DNA from: the human T2T-CHM13v2.0 reference genome, Homo sapiens
NCBI RefSeq assembly: GCF_009914755.1
Contig: NC_060936.1
Length of the DNA stretch: 64,000 nucleotides
Reading direction: 5' to 3' (one strand)
Numbering within the stretch: position 1 is the first letter of the stretch; each line of letters starts with the position of its first letter. The translations under genes were made by a program, and so were the position numbers. Below the pieces are notes generated by a model that ran no database searches, was not told the DNA's origin, and worked only from the letters and a program-made list of their open reading frames with translations. Positions 39,325 to 55,325 of the stretch are shown one piece after another.

Positions 39325-39735
39325 TCTTTTCTTCTCATACAAGGGTAGGATGGGGAGAGCACTAAGGGCTACCTCTGTCTCCAGCTACATTCTCAAGTGC
39401 TCCACAAGGAGGAGTGGAGAATGATGTTCGGGGGACAGTGAACAGTGCCTGTCCCTCCTTTTGTTGCTCAAACTTCCACACCTGCGGTCACCCTCACTTC
39501 CCCCTAGGCGCTTCCAGGCGGGTGGATGACTGATGACCCTGACTCCAAGCCAGGAGGACGGGGCTAGGGCTTCATCCCTTCCTCCCGAATAATACCATCC
39601 TGTTTTAACAGCTGATTTCCATTCAGCTTCCACCTTAAAACACAGGACACCACCAAACCATTGAGGCCACCTGTGTCTCTCTTCAGAATCCTGCGGAACT
39701 CCCTCACTCTCAGATATTTCTGAAATACCTACTTA

Positions 39736-40065
<330 letters not shown>

Positions 40066-41084
40066 CATAAATAGATGTTTTAATTTGCATATTCTAATGA
40101 CTAATGATGTTGAACACCTTTTCATGCAGTTTTTTGTAATTTGTATCTCTTCTCTTGGGAAGTTTCTGTTGGAATCTTTGTGCCTCTTTTTTATTGGATT
40201 GTTTACTTTCTGATTATCGTGTTGTGCATGTTCTTTATATATTCTGGATACCAGTGCTTTATCAGATATATATATAGCAAATATTTTCTCTTATTCTGTG
40301 ACTTGTCTTTCTAGTCACCTAACCTTAGCTTTCAAAGAGTAGAAGTTTTTAGTTTTGATGAAGCCCATTTTATTCCTTTTTTCTTTTACAGTTAATGCTT
40401 TCAGTGTCCTCTAAGACATCTTTGAATAGCCTAAAGTCACAAAGATTTTCCCCTGTTTATGTTAGCAGTTTTATAGTTTTAGGTTTTACATTTAGGTCTC
40501 TGATCCATTTTGAGTTACTCTTTATATATGGTGTGAGGTCTGAATCAAGGTTTATTCTTTTTCATTTGGGTGTCTAAATGCTCCAGCACCGTGTTTGTTG
40601 AAAAGTCTGTACTTTCTCACTAAATTGCCTTGATACTTTTGTCAAAACTGAGTTGACCACATATGTGTGATTGATTTCTGGATTCCCTATTCTTTTCCAT
40701 TTATCTGTGTCTCTATTACACCATAGACCAATACTACAATGTCTTGATTGTTGTAGCTTTCTAGTAAGCCTTGAAATTAGGATACTGTTCATTTTTTGAC
40801 GTTTATATAAGTGGAATCATACTTTACATATCCTTCGTTTACTTTTTTCACAACATTAATTTTGAGATCTATCTGCATTGGTGATAAATCTATCCGTCTA
40901 TCCAGTTGATGCATACCTCCAATCTCTTCATTTTCATAATTGTATAGTGTTCCTTTGTGTTTGTACACCATAATTTTGTATCATTCTACTGTTGGTTGAC
41001 ACGTAGATTGCTTATAGGTTTCAGCTGTCCCACACTATGCTGTGTGAACATTTGTGTACATGTTTAATAATAGCGTACACGTTT

Positions 41085-41551
<467 letters not shown>

Positions 41552-42703
41552 TCAGTGTTCCTCGTTATCTACGCTTGGTGCTGGTAGACTTTTTAACTTA
41601 AAAATCACACTTTGTGGTTTCAGTTTGCACATCCCTGGATATTAGAGAGGTTAAACATCCTTTCTCAGACTCTTTGGCCACTCAGCTTTCCTTTTATGTA
41701 AAACGCCTGTTTGTGTCTTTTGCTCACTTTTCTATTAAGTTGTGTTTTTCTTACTGATTAGATGAATTCTTTATACATGCTGAATACCAATACATTTCTC
41801 AGTCTGTACCTTTTTGTTCCTTTAATGGCGACTTGATGACCAGAAGTTCTTCATTTTAACATGATCAAAATTATCAATCCATTCTCTTCTGTTATTTTAC
41901 ATATTGTGCTCTGTTTATAAAATCCTGCCATATCTTAAATTCATAAAGATCCTTGCCAGCGTTTTCTGCTAAAAGGTCTAAAGTTTGGACTTTTATATTT
42001 AAATTTTAATTCATCTTAAGTTTTTAAAAATTACATATACTGTGTGAGGTATAGATGCAATTTCACATGGAAAACCAGCTGTCCCAGCACCATGTATCGA
42101 ATAATCTATATTTTCCCCACTGATCTTCAGTGGCCATTCTGTATTATATTATATCAAGTTTCTAAATATGTATGAATTGGTTTCTGAACTGTATCTTGTC
42201 CCATTGATCTGTTTGTTCTTTTATCATTACCAACTGTCTTAACTACCATAGCTTTTGAATAAGTCTTGACGTTGAGTAGGATAATCTCCTCACCTTGACT
42301 TCTTTAGGAGTTTCTCAGCTATTCCTGGTCTTTTGTGCTTCAATTAAATTTTGAAATCAGACTGCCACATGGTACCAAAACCAAAAAACAACCCAACTGC
42401 TGGTATTTTTGTTACAATTTAACTGAACCTAAAAAAAAATCAAAATCAGAAGAATTTGCAGTTGTTCATGAGTGAGTCTTCCTACCCAAGCCATGGCTTA
42501 TCTCTTCATTTTATGTAGTCATTCCAAATGAGGTTTGAGAACATTTTGTATTTTTCCTCATAAAAGACTGGCACATCTGTAAAATATTCCTTGGTATCTT
42601 ACTTTTTGTTACCCTCATGTTATCCTTTTTTTAAAGTGAATTCCCTGGTGGTGCATAAAAATTAACTTTTGTATTGTGATCTTTTATCTGACAGCTTTGA
42701 TAA

Positions 42704-43040
<337 letters not shown>

Positions 43041-43239
43041 TAAAATTTAACCTAAAAATACTTTAGGTTATCTCTTTCTTTCCTTTCCATTTCTTTCCGT
43101 TTCCTTTTCTTTCGTAGTGTACTGGCCAGAATTTCCAGCAACATTGAACAAACCAATGAAAATAATAGCCTTGGCCGGCTATTGATCCCAAAGAGAAATT
43201 TTAAAATATTTTACTGTTGAATATGTAGTTACTACAACC

Positions 43240-43310
43240 GCATGTGTGTGTGTATGTGTGTGTGTGTGTCTGTGAGCATGTGCACATGCATGCATGCATC
43301 CACACACGTA
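43240..43310. repeat. (TG)n plus (ATGC)n alternating tract
   Basis: Direct reading; includes the palindrome gcatgtgcacatgc. Confidence 0.85.
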
Positions 43311-43800
43311 AAACTCATAACAGGTTAAATCACCTTTGATTCCTCGTTGGTCAAGAATGGTTATCATAAAGAAATATTGAATGTTATTAAACACTTTCTT
43401 CCTCTATTGAGATGATCATATGGCTTTTCTCCTTTTAAGGAATGATCAAGTGATGAACTACATTTAGAAATTTTCTGATGCTGACCTGCTTTGCATTTGT
43501 GGAATGAATTAAACTTGGTCTTCATTGATTATCTTTTAAATACATGGTTAGTGTTAATATGTTAATACCGTGTTAAGGAGTTTTGCATCTATGTTTGTTA
43601 GTGAAATGGTTCTGTGATTTTTTTTCCTACAACTATATCTAATTTTAGTATCAAGCATCTGCTGGCCTCATAAAAATGACTAGGGGAATGTTTCCTTTTC
43701 TTCTACTCTATAGAAGAATTTAAATAATATTGGAATTATCTTTTTCTTTAATGTTGGACCTATCTTGCCTATAAAATCATCTGGGATTGATATTTTCTTT

Positions 43801-44108
43801 TCTGTTTTTTGTTTGTTTGTTTGTTTGAGACGGAGTTTCACTCTTACTGCCCAGGCTGGAGTGCAAGGGCACGATCTTGGCTCACCACAACCTCCGCCTC
43901 CTGGATTCCAGTGATTCTCCTGCCTCAGCTTCCTGAGTAACTGGGATTACAGGCATGTGCCACCATGCCCGGCTAATTGTGTATTTTTAGTAGAGACGGA
44001 GTTTCTCCATGTTGGTCAGGCTGTTCTTGAACTCCCAACCTCAGGTGATCCACCCGCCTCGGCCTCCCAAAGTGCTGGGAGTACAGGCATGAGCCACCGT
44101 GCCCGGCC
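43801..44108 (-). mobile_element. AluSp-like
   Basis: Full dimer; tgatattttcttt at 43788-43800 and 44117-44129. Confidence 0.93.
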
Positions 44109-44324
44109 TCCGGCCCTGATATTTTCTTTGTAGTGAGGTTGTTAAGTGTTCATTACCTCAATTTAATGGTTTTAAATAGTTATATTCAGGATTTTTACTT
44201 CCTCTTGAACCTTTTGGCAATTAATATTTTACTAGCCATTTGTCCCTTTTTTAATTTTCAAATTTATTGGCAATAAATGTCATATTATTTTCTCATTGTA
44301 TTTTAATTCCCATTGCATCTGTAG

Positions 44325-45088
<764 letters not shown>

Positions 45089-46104
45089 AGTAGTGAAATC
45101 CTCTTTCTCATTACTAATCTTGCCATTTTTTTGCCGTTTCTCTTGATCTCTTAGTTACCTTTGCTGGCAGTTTTCAATTGCATGCATATTTTTAAAAAAG
45201 CATTTTTCAGCTTTGTTAATTCTATTTTATTTTTTGCTCCTATTTCAGTAAATCTCCTCTTTATTAATTCATCCCTTCTATTTTTAAAAAGATTATTCTT
45301 TTGCTTATTCTAATTTCTTAATTTGGATGTTTACCTTGCTGCTATTCAGACATTCTTCTTTCCTAATATATTAGCATACATGCTATATATTTTCCTCTAA
45401 CCATGTCAAAACACTTTATTCCCTAAATTTAAAAGTGAAACATTATCTTTATCAATCAATATTAAGTATTTCCTCATTTCCATTATGATTTCTTTTTTGA
45501 CCCTGAAGTTATTTAGAAGTGTGTCTTTAAATTTCCAAACACAGGATTTTTTTTTTTGTCCTCTTTTTGTTATTCATTTCTTAAATTCTTTGGAGTCAAA
45601 GTATGTAAACTGTAAGATACTGGCTGAAATTTGTTGAGACTTGCTTTATGGCATACTATATAGACGATTCTGAAATGTTCCAAATGTACTTGAAAAGAAT
45701 GTGTCTTTTTTATTTCTTGGGTACAAAATTCAATATACATCCATTAGATCAAGCTTATTAACTGCATGTTCAGATCTTCTAAAATCTCTGATTTTTCTGT
45801 TGCTTGATCTATCAAATAATGAGAGAGGATATTAAAACCTCTCACTATGATGTAGATTTGTCAGTTTTTCCTCATGGTTCTTGCAATTTTGTTTTATATA
45901 TTTTGAAGCTATGTTACTGATTACATACCAGTTTAATACTATTATATTCTTCTGGTGATATGAACTTTTTACTATTCGGTAGTATCTCTCTTTATGTCTA
46001 ATAAGGCTATTTGCCTTACAGTGAAATTTGTCTGATATTAATATGATTATTTAGCTTCCTGTTTTATTACTCTTTATCAGATATCTCTTTTTCTGTATTT
46101 TACT

Positions 46105-46397
46105 TTCTTTCTTTTTCTTTTTTCTGAAACAAGTTCTCTCTCTGTTGCCCAGGCTGAGTGCCATGGTGTGGTCACAGCTTACTGCAGCTCGACCTACCTG
46201 TCTCAAGTGACCCTCCCACCTGAGCCTCCCGAGTAGCTGGGACTGTAGGTGCTGACCACCATGCCGACCTAATTTTTTATTTGTTGTAGAGACCAGGTTT
46301 TGCTATGTTGCCCAACTGGTCTTGAACTCCTGGATGCAAGCAATCCTCCTGCCTTGGCCTCCCAAAGTGCTGGGGTTATAGGCCACTGCACCTGGCC
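46105..46397 (-). mobile_element. AluJ (diverged)
   Basis: Dimer with aagcaatcctcctgccttggcctcccaaagtg. Confidence 0.88.
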
Positions 46398-47985
46398 ATT
46401 TTTGTTTTCAAAATTTCAGTGTCTTTATGTTTTAGTGTATGACTCTAGAGAACAGGAAAAATTAGATTTTCAGATCTAGTCTATCCATATTTGCCCTTTC
46501 ACAGAAGACTTTTATCAATAATTACTACATTCTTATAAATAGAAGTTTTGTCCATTTACATTTATAGTGGTTACTGACATAACAAGTTATTTCTACCATA
46601 TTGTTCTTTGTTTCTTCCCCTTCCTTTTTGCTTTTGTTTGTTTGTTTAAAACATTTTTATTCTAGTTTTCCTTCTACTGTTTTGGAGGTTATACACTCTA
46701 TTTCTATTATTTAAGTGAGTATTTAACTTAAAACCTAAAATTAGTATTTTTACTCATCTCACGAATGGAAGGACCTTAGCAAGTTTCATCCATATTTGTA
46801 CCCCACTCCAAATTTTATGCTTCTTAAATCTATTTCAGTTCTGTTTCTTAACTCCCCTGAGTTATTCATTATTATTACCACTTTGTCTAGATTTACTCAT
46901 GTGTTGGTCTTTTTCTCTGTCACCTCTCCTTCTTGCATCTCAATTCTTCCTTCTGGAATCATTTTTTCTTCCTGAAATATACCAATCTGGAAATTCCTTT
47001 ACTGAGGATCCAGTAGTAAACTCAGCTAGCTTTTGTTTGTTGAAAATATCTTAACCTTATCCTCATTCTTGAAAGATTGCTTTGCTGGGTATATACATCT
47101 AAATTGAGGGATAATATTTTCTATTATCTAAGGCTGTTCACTATGTAAAAATCCTTAAAAAGTCCAGAATGAAAGGCTGTCTGTGCCTTTCTTCACAAGA
47201 CACGCAGAAACATGAGAGACCCATGGAAAATTGTCTGCTAATCACTTCAAAATGAAAAGTTTAAAAAAAACTAATGAAAACAAATGGAAGTCCTACGAAA
47301 GATGCTTCTACATCTGTGTTAAAAATGAGAAGCTGAATTACAGAAAAGGTAAGAGACTTGCCTACATCCTACTATTAGTGAGAAGAATCAAAATGAAAAC
47401 ATGTAAGTCGCCTAAAGTCCCAGCCTCATCCCTGGACTGTTTGCCCACAAAGGCCCATCACCAAATTGTCTGTGCCTCCACGTCATACAAACCCCTGGAC
47501 CGGAGAGGGTCTCCCTGACGCGGGGTTCCCAGTTCTACTACTGAACTGATGATCTAACCCAAGTCTCTCCTGCTGTATTATCTGTTATCCTGTGTTCAGA
47601 GCATAGAAACTCTCTTCCTTGCGCTGTGTCTTCTAGGCTTGAAATTCTTCAAACCACATGTCTGAGAAAAACTCTGAAAACTTTTGCCAAAGGGGGAAAA
47701 AAAAGGAAATGCTGAAAATGATCAAGTGAAAGAAGGAACAGGGAGTAAAATGAGCCACGATTGATCACCCTTATTCTCAGAAGGCCAAGCAAAGGGTCAT
47801 AAGGGCCCAGGTCACTCCCCCTGAAAAGGGGAGTTACACCCAGGCCTGCTGCGGGTAAATACTCCACTGCCTTCTGTGGTGACATCCTTGAAACAGGAAC
47901 CTTGGAGCTGGAAAATGGAGCTCAAGCTTACGTGGCCCAGAGGACTGTCCTCCAGCAAGGAAGGCCCAGTGAGGTCACTTGTCTA

Positions 47986-48180
47986 GGGCCATGCTTTCAA
48001 ACGTTAGTGAGCATGGGAATCACCTGTGGGCAGGGGTGGGAGGAATGCAGATCTCCGGGCACCACCACTCCCAGTGTCTCTGATTCAGCCGGCTGAGGTG
48101 GGGCCTGAGAGTCTGCATTTCTAAGAAGTTCCTAAATAATGTTACTGATGAGTAGGGGATCACACTGAGGGCATGAGTTC
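47986..48180. mobile_element. MER5A-like hAT-Charlie element
   Basis: gaatcacctg...aatgcagat...tctgattcag...ggtggggcctgagagtctgcatttctaagaagttcc. Confidence 0.8.
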
Positions 48181-50221
48181 TGGAGGTAGCATAGATTAGG
48201 GACAGAGCACACTTACCTTCACAAGCTCTGATTCCAACACTTGCCAGATGCTTGGTGAATGTTTGGTGAGTGCTTGAGTTGGGAGCTACTTTATTTTACC
48301 TCCTGTAATCTCAGTTTCCTCATCTGGATAAGAGTCCACCATTTAAAGGAAGTATTAAGGGAAGAGTCTGAGTATATCCAGTACTCAGACCAAGGAGTAT
48401 GCCCAGAGGACAGGGGACAGATGGCCTCTTTCCAGTGTGCTGTTCGATTTTCCCACTGCCTTTCAGGTCTGCCTAGCCCTGAACGAAAGGAGAACTAAGA
48501 AATGAAGGAGAAGTGAAGAAGAAACAGGAGGGCAACTGGAAGTGGCGAGTCACCAACATTAGAAACGTTAAAGAGAGAAACGAGAAGCAAGCCTGGAAGC
48601 TGAGCGGAGGCCATAGTGATAGAGCAGGCAGAGTGGCAGAGTCCAGTCAAGGCTAAGGAGGAGGGAAGGACAGGAGAGTTAAGGCCCAGGTTTCACAAGC
48701 AGGAGAGAAAGCTGAGGCTGGCCAGCTACAAGCTAGAGCCCCACAGCCCAGCCAGATGGTAGCACCCAGCCTGGCTCTCCTTGTCTATCCTACAGTCGGC
48801 AGCTCCCTTGCCATCAGGCTCTTCCCAGCTTGCAGCTGCTCCCAGACACTGTCTCCTGGGGAAACAGCTGCTGCTTCCCCTTCCTGAATGGAGCTGCTCA
48901 TGCTTTCCACCAGCCTGCTACTGGTCCAGTCCTGTGGGGAGACACACGCACGCACACACACGTGTATGCACACCCACGCGAGCATCCATAGCTGCATGTC
49001 ATCCCGGAGTTCTCTCTCTTCCTTCTTTCTCCCTCCAACCACCCTCACCCCAAGCAATGGCCCCAGCTGGTCAGCCACCAGCCCCTGCCAGCCTCTCTCT
49101 CCCATCCCCAGCACCCTACTTTCAAAACCTAAGACTTTGTGTTTCACGGGGCTGTCCCTAGGAAGAGGACCCAGGTTGACCTAACTAACACGAACGCCCC
49201 GTCCCCATGATGGTGGGTGGGAGGTGGGGGAGGGGATGGTAACTCTGCAGACTGCAGTTGATTTGCTGCTCCTGAGAGGACCCAAAACTTTTTCTTAAAG
49301 GGAAAAATGCAGAAAGGCCCCAATTCCTGATTGGCTATCAGCTGGACTCTGGAATGCCTCCATTACCGTATATGCTCACATATGAGATGCTGCAGCAAAA
49401 GAAAAGTATCCTATTTTCCAAGCCAAGGTGGAGTAAAAATAGAAAAATAGCACATTTATTTCCCCATGAAGGTCCTGTCTCTCTTCCCAGTCTCCACCCC
49501 CACAAGCATGACGACTGCCCTAGGAATCGTGATTTTGCAGGGGCCCTATCTTGGCTGGAAAGGAAAACTGAAATATACAATTGACAAGAAGGAGGACTTC
49601 TCTGATGATTTTCCTTGAGGCTCATCATTTAAACACACTACTATTTTTCCCGGGGCTTCTCATAGGCAAGGATATACGGTATTTCGCGTGAGGAATGTGC
49701 TATTCACAATCTCCCACCTTTCTGGATAGCGGAAGGGATTAAAATGATCTTATAGCTAATCGATTCTCAGGTCCCTGGAGCACCCCTCCCCCACAACCTC
49801 CGTGCCCCCAACCAGAAACCTTCCTGCATCCTCTCGGCCTTTCCAGCCAACCTCACATTCTTCCACCCCCACCCCTGGCCAGGAGGGCCAAACAGAGGAG
49901 CAGGGAAAGGGGGCAGGGAAGGAAGGAAGTTTGTGAGTGTCTGAATGTGTGCTCTGGTTACATTCCAAAGGCAAACAAAGTAAAATAGAAAACATTAAAG
50001 TTAGCTCACCATTGTTTTGTATTATCCATGCCCCGCAAATCTTCATTCATGTAGATAGCAACCAGTGAACAACATTCTCATCACAGAAGGTCAGAAATGG
50101 AGGGCCTCGGAGACTGTCATTATCTGCCCTGTTCATTTTACAGCAGACAGCTCTAAGAATCAGAGAGGCTGGGTAACCTGACTAAGGTCACACAGCCAGT
50201 TCCTAGCGCCTCCAGGGCTAG

Positions 50222-50588
<367 letters not shown>

Positions 50589-51136
50589 CACATTCCATAC
50601 TTGTTTTTTATTCACATACAAAAGTGCTTCTTGGTTGCCTCTGCCTTCAGTCAGCCTCGTGGTCTAAACCAGTTGATAGGGTAACAACATGGGGACCTTT
50701 GATGTTTGGGCTGCCCTTCATGACAGGAAAAAGGAACTACTAATTGCCCCGGTCTAGGTGCAGACTGAGCCACGTGCTGGGCCCTTTGAGGACGTGGGCG
50801 GCAGAAGTCTCACAATGACACTTGGTTGCACAAACCCAGAGCAATTGAGGGGAACTGAAATTTGATCTTTTTCCTTCTTTCTTTCTTTTTTTCTCCAACA
50901 ATGTATGAAAGAGCCAGTGAAAACCCCAGCCAGACACACTGAATCATTGAGAAACACAGAAGCGGGAGGCGCCCATCCCTTCTTGGTGATGGGGGAGCTG
51001 GAGGGCAATGACTTCATCAGCTGTTGTTGCTGTCACAGTCCCAGTGTCGTGAGGCGTTCCCTGTTCACCTCTGTGTATCCACAGTTATGTGAATGGTTGT
51101 GTGCATGAATTTGTGGACAGGGGGCTTGGGCCTGTT

Positions 51137-51182
51137 TCTGTGTATGCGTGTGTGTGTGTGTGTGCGTGGTGTGTGTGTGTGT
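51137..51182. repeat. Imperfect (TG)n
   Basis: Direct reading. Confidence 0.85.
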
Positions 51183-52556
51183 TCTTTCAAACACACTCAC
51201 TTCCTCTTCTGCCGCTCACTGCCATAATGCTCCAAGAACCCAGCACAAGGTTTCCATTAGTGAAGCACATTTTTGTGCTATGGATGTTGAACCAGCGGGG
51301 AAAGAAAGCAGACTGTTGTCTGTGATGGATGGGTTTTCTAGAGAACTTCCCAGGGTGGTCCTTAAGGGGGCTGGGACGGAGGCATGCCGGACGCACAGCC
51401 TCAAAACATTCCCTTGTTTGGGTTTGACATGTGTGCTGGGGGTCTGTCTGCTCTGCCGCTGGGCCCTGCAATTCCATTCATCCCTGGGCCCTCCTTTCTG
51501 CCTCGATCCTTCCCTTCCCCCCAACATCCCTCACTTCCAGTTTACCTGAGTTCAGAAATCCCTTTTTCTCTTTCTAGAATAAAAAGTAGTTTGTCCCGTG
51601 TGCTTGCTTTTGGTTGTGTATATGGCTGCCCCTAAGAGGAAGGGAAGGTTGGGGGACCGGAGCTGATGTGATGTCACCCGTTACTCCTTCATGTGAACAG
51701 TCTCTGTGTATCTCTTCAGAGTGCTGAGCTTCTCACAGACGTTATAAGAATGATTTTCCAGGATCATCACCCTATGGGCGAATAGAGACAAGGAGAGATG
51801 AGGTGGATGACCCAGAAGCAACATCTCCCACAATGCCTGGAATACAATTAGCATGTGTCGGATAAATGACTAATAAAAATAACTAGGATTCTATGGAAAC
51901 TGAGTTTATAAATCACTTTCCCTCTGCTCAGTTAGCCCCACTGTTTTAAAGCAGAAGGAAATAAGCCTCCAGGAGCTTGAGTGATTTGTCACGTGACCAT
52001 TAAGTGGCAGAGTGGGGAAGCAAATCCAGTTCCCAGACTTGAGGTTCCCCCAAGATGTTTACATCTTATCACCGTGTTAGGGGAGCCTGGAACCACTATC
52101 CGAAGAAGGGCCACTGCCCTCAAGGTGCTTTCAACCCAGCTGGGGAGACAGAAGCTGCAGAGGAAATAATACAGAACAATTCAGGGAAATATCATACAGA
52201 AACACTTTGGGGACTCCAAAGGCCCCGGGAAGACAGGACTGCATTGGGGACCATTATCCCAGTTCAATGAGGAGAAAATGGAAGGGCCATAAAGAAATGG
52301 AGCAGTTCACCCAAGGTCAAATCACTGAGAACAAAGGCAAGTTAATGAAAGCCTTAATCCAGTTGAAGGGTTTTCAAAGAGCTTTTAGGAACAGGTGGGT
52401 GGCAGACTAGAGGCTCAGACCTCCCAGGAAGGGCATATCGCCCAGTCCCCCACCCACAGTCTTTTCTTCACTTCATAGGAAAGTTCTTTCCATCACTGGA
52501 GCAGAATATCCCAGAGTAAGTTGCGCGATATACTGTTAACTCAAAAAGTTTGACGA

Positions 52557-52838
52557 GGCCAGGCGCAGGGGCTCACACCTGTAATCCCAGCACTTTTGGA
52601 GGCTGAGGCAGGAGGATTGCTTGAGTCCAGTTCAAGACCAGCTTGAGCAACGTAGTGGGACCCCATCTCTACCAAAAAAAATTAAAAAATTAGCCTGTGG
52701 TCCCAGCTACTCAGAAGGCTGAGGCAGGTGGATTGCTTGAGAACGGGAAGTCGAGGCTGCAGTGAGCTGTGATCACATCACTGTGCTCCAGCCTGGGTGA
52801 CAGAGTGAGACCCTATCTCAAAAAAAAAAAAAAAAAAG
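52557..52838 (+). mobile_element. AluJ, inserted in a probable hAT-Charlie MER remnant (about 52500-53120)
   Basis: ggaggattgcttgag, gaggctgcagtgagctgtgatc; host ends ggaacacactttgggaaac. Confidence 0.9.
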
Positions 52839-53131
52839 CTATAAGGTAAAGCAAGTTTCAGAGTTACCTCATACTATCCAAGTCTTAGGAATGGACATAT
52901 TAACAGCTCTGAGAAATCCTGCAGACAAAACCAAAAGTAAACAAAAAAATACCCAAAATAGGAAACTCCTCCCACGACCAAAAAAATAATAATAATAAGG
53001 AAAAAAACTTTATTTAACCCAATGTTATTTTTCCAGGGCACTCTTTTTTCCCCATCCTAAGGAATGCCTATTAACAACACCAGGAACTAAATACCCTGAG
53101 GAACACACTTTGGGAAACAATATCCACAGCC

Positions 53132-54033
53132 TTTTTTTTTTTTAATTATACTTTAAGTTCTAGGGTACATGTGCACAACGTGCAGGTTTGTTACATATGT
53201 ATACATGTGCCATGTTGCTTTGCTACACCCATTAACTCGTCATTTACATTAGGTATATCTCCTAATGCTATCCCTCCCCCGTTCCCCCACCCCATGGCAG
53301 GCCCTGGTGTGTGATGTTCCCCACCCTGTGTCCAAGTGTTCTCATTATTGAATTCCCATCTATGAGTGAAAACACGTGGTGTTTGGTTTTCTGTCCTTGC
53401 GATAGTTTGCTCAGAATGATGGTTTCCAGCTTCTTCCATGTCCCTACAAAGGACATGAACTCATCCTTTTTCATGGCTGCATAGTATTCCATGGTGTATA
53501 TGTGCCACATTTTCTTAATCCAGTCTATCATTGTTGGACATTTGGGTTGCTTCCAAGTCTTTGCTATTGTGAATAGTGCTGCAATAAACATATGTGTGCA
53601 TGTGTCTTTATAGCAGCATGATTTATAATCCTTTGGGTATATATCCAGTAATGGGATGGCTGGGTCAAATGGTATTTCTAGTTCTAGATCCTTGAGGAAT
53701 TGCCACACTGACTTCCACAATGGTTGAACTAGTTTACAGTCCCACCAACAGTGTAAAATTATTCCTATTTCTCCACATCCTCTCCAGCACCTGTTGTTTC
53801 CTGACTTTTTAATGATTGCCATTCTAACTGGTGTGAGATGGTATCTCACTGTGGTTTTGATTTGCATTTCTCTGATGGCCAGTGATGATGAGCATTTTTT
53901 CCTGTGTCTGTTGGCTGCATAAATGTCTTCTTTTGAAAAGTGTCTGTTCATATCCTTCACCCACTTTTTGATGGAGTTGTTTGATTTTTTCTTGTAAATT
54001 TGTTTAAGTTCTTTGTAGATTCTGGATATTAGC
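53132..54033 (-). mobile_element. L1PA (about PA4-6) 5'-truncated 3' end, ~900 bp
   Basis: ttatactttaagttctagggtacatgtgcac terminus; ORF 53268-54035 is the ORF2p C-terminus with the CCHC motif [16 protein letters not shown]. Confidence 0.96.
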
Positions 54034-54585
54034 ATTTACCATTGCAGCGAGGGGTTTTTGTAGGTAGCTAGCTTCCTTGCCCCGGGGGTGGCATGCAAAT
54101 ATTGCATGCCTTCAGCTGAGTAGGAGATTACTGCCTTGGAGAGAGGATGGAAGGAGATGGCCTCTTAAGCCTCCTCCTACTTGGGTTTCCTGATCTGACC
54201 AGTAGAGCCAATGTCTCGTCTCCTACCCTGTGCCTGGGATCAGCTGGAGTACTGCCCTCTCTGAGGCATCTGCTAGCATATAAGAAGGAATCTTTCATCT
54301 GGATGTTTTTTAGGGACCATCCTACAAGCTGGCTTTCTAAGGATCTTCCAGCTCTTAGATCCCCTAACTCATACATAAAAACGAATATGTATTTTCTTAT
54401 CCTTCTGGAAGGAGTCTCAGTGCCCACAGCCCATCACACATATGCACACACACACAGCCTACTGAACACACTGCACATCCTCCCCAGAATGTTGCCAGAG
54501 ATTTTATCTCATTCACCTGTGATGTGCCCAGCACCTACTATGGAGCTTGGCATATAAAAAGTAGGTGCATAAATAGTATAAGCTA

Positions 54586-54890
54586 GGCTGAGCATGGGGG
54601 CTCATGCCTGTAGTCCTAGAACTTTAGGAGGTCAAGGCGGGAGGATTGCTTGAGCCCAGGGGTTCAAGACCAACCTGGGCAAGATGGTGAGACCCTGTCG
54701 CTACAAAAAGAAAAAAAAATTTTTTAATTAGCTAGGCATGATGGCACATGCCTGTGGCCCCAGCTACTTGGAGGCTGAGCTGGGAGGATCTTCTGAGCTG
54801 AAGAAGTCAAGGAGGCAGTGAGCTATGATGGTACCACTGCACTACAGCTTGGGCCACAAAGGGAGACCCTGTCTATAAGAATAAATAAGT
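54586..54890 (+). mobile_element. AluJ
   Basis: ggaggattgcttgagcccagg, gcagtgagctatgatgg. Confidence 0.9.
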
Positions 54891-55184
54891 AACTTTTAAA
54901 AGGATGAACTAAATTGAATGCACAGTGCCTGTGGGTTGCTGTAACACTTTCTTTCTCTCTTTACCCAATGAACCCCCTCGCAGAGACTGTCTAGAGTCCC
55001 CCAAAGAGCTGGGTTTTGAGGGGTTGAGGTCCTACTGTAAGAGTCAACTGTGCTAAGCACAGTTCACTGTAACTTCCTCCCCACCCTCAACCCTGCCCCC
55101 ACCCCTTGATCTCCTATAGGCCCATGATGAAACCCCTACCCTAAAATCTGTTTCCTTAAGTTGATGCTGGTGGATCTGGCAGCA

Positions 55185-55325
55185 TCACTCTCCCCTTTCT
55201 CCTGTTCTCCCACTTTTCTCGTCTTCATCCTTTCCTTTCCACACTGTTTTCCTTTCCTCTCTCCTTTCACTCTGTTCCTTGTCCTCTCCTCGCTTCTCTC
55301 TTCTCTTTCTCCCCCTCTCTCTCCA
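55185..55325. repeat. CT-rich low-complexity tract
   Basis: Nearly pure pyrimidine on the + strand. Confidence 0.75.

Noticed and set aside
53268-54035. 255-aa ORF, the longest in the window
   Set aside because: It is the C-terminus of L1 ORF2p in a 5'-truncated, promoterless copy.
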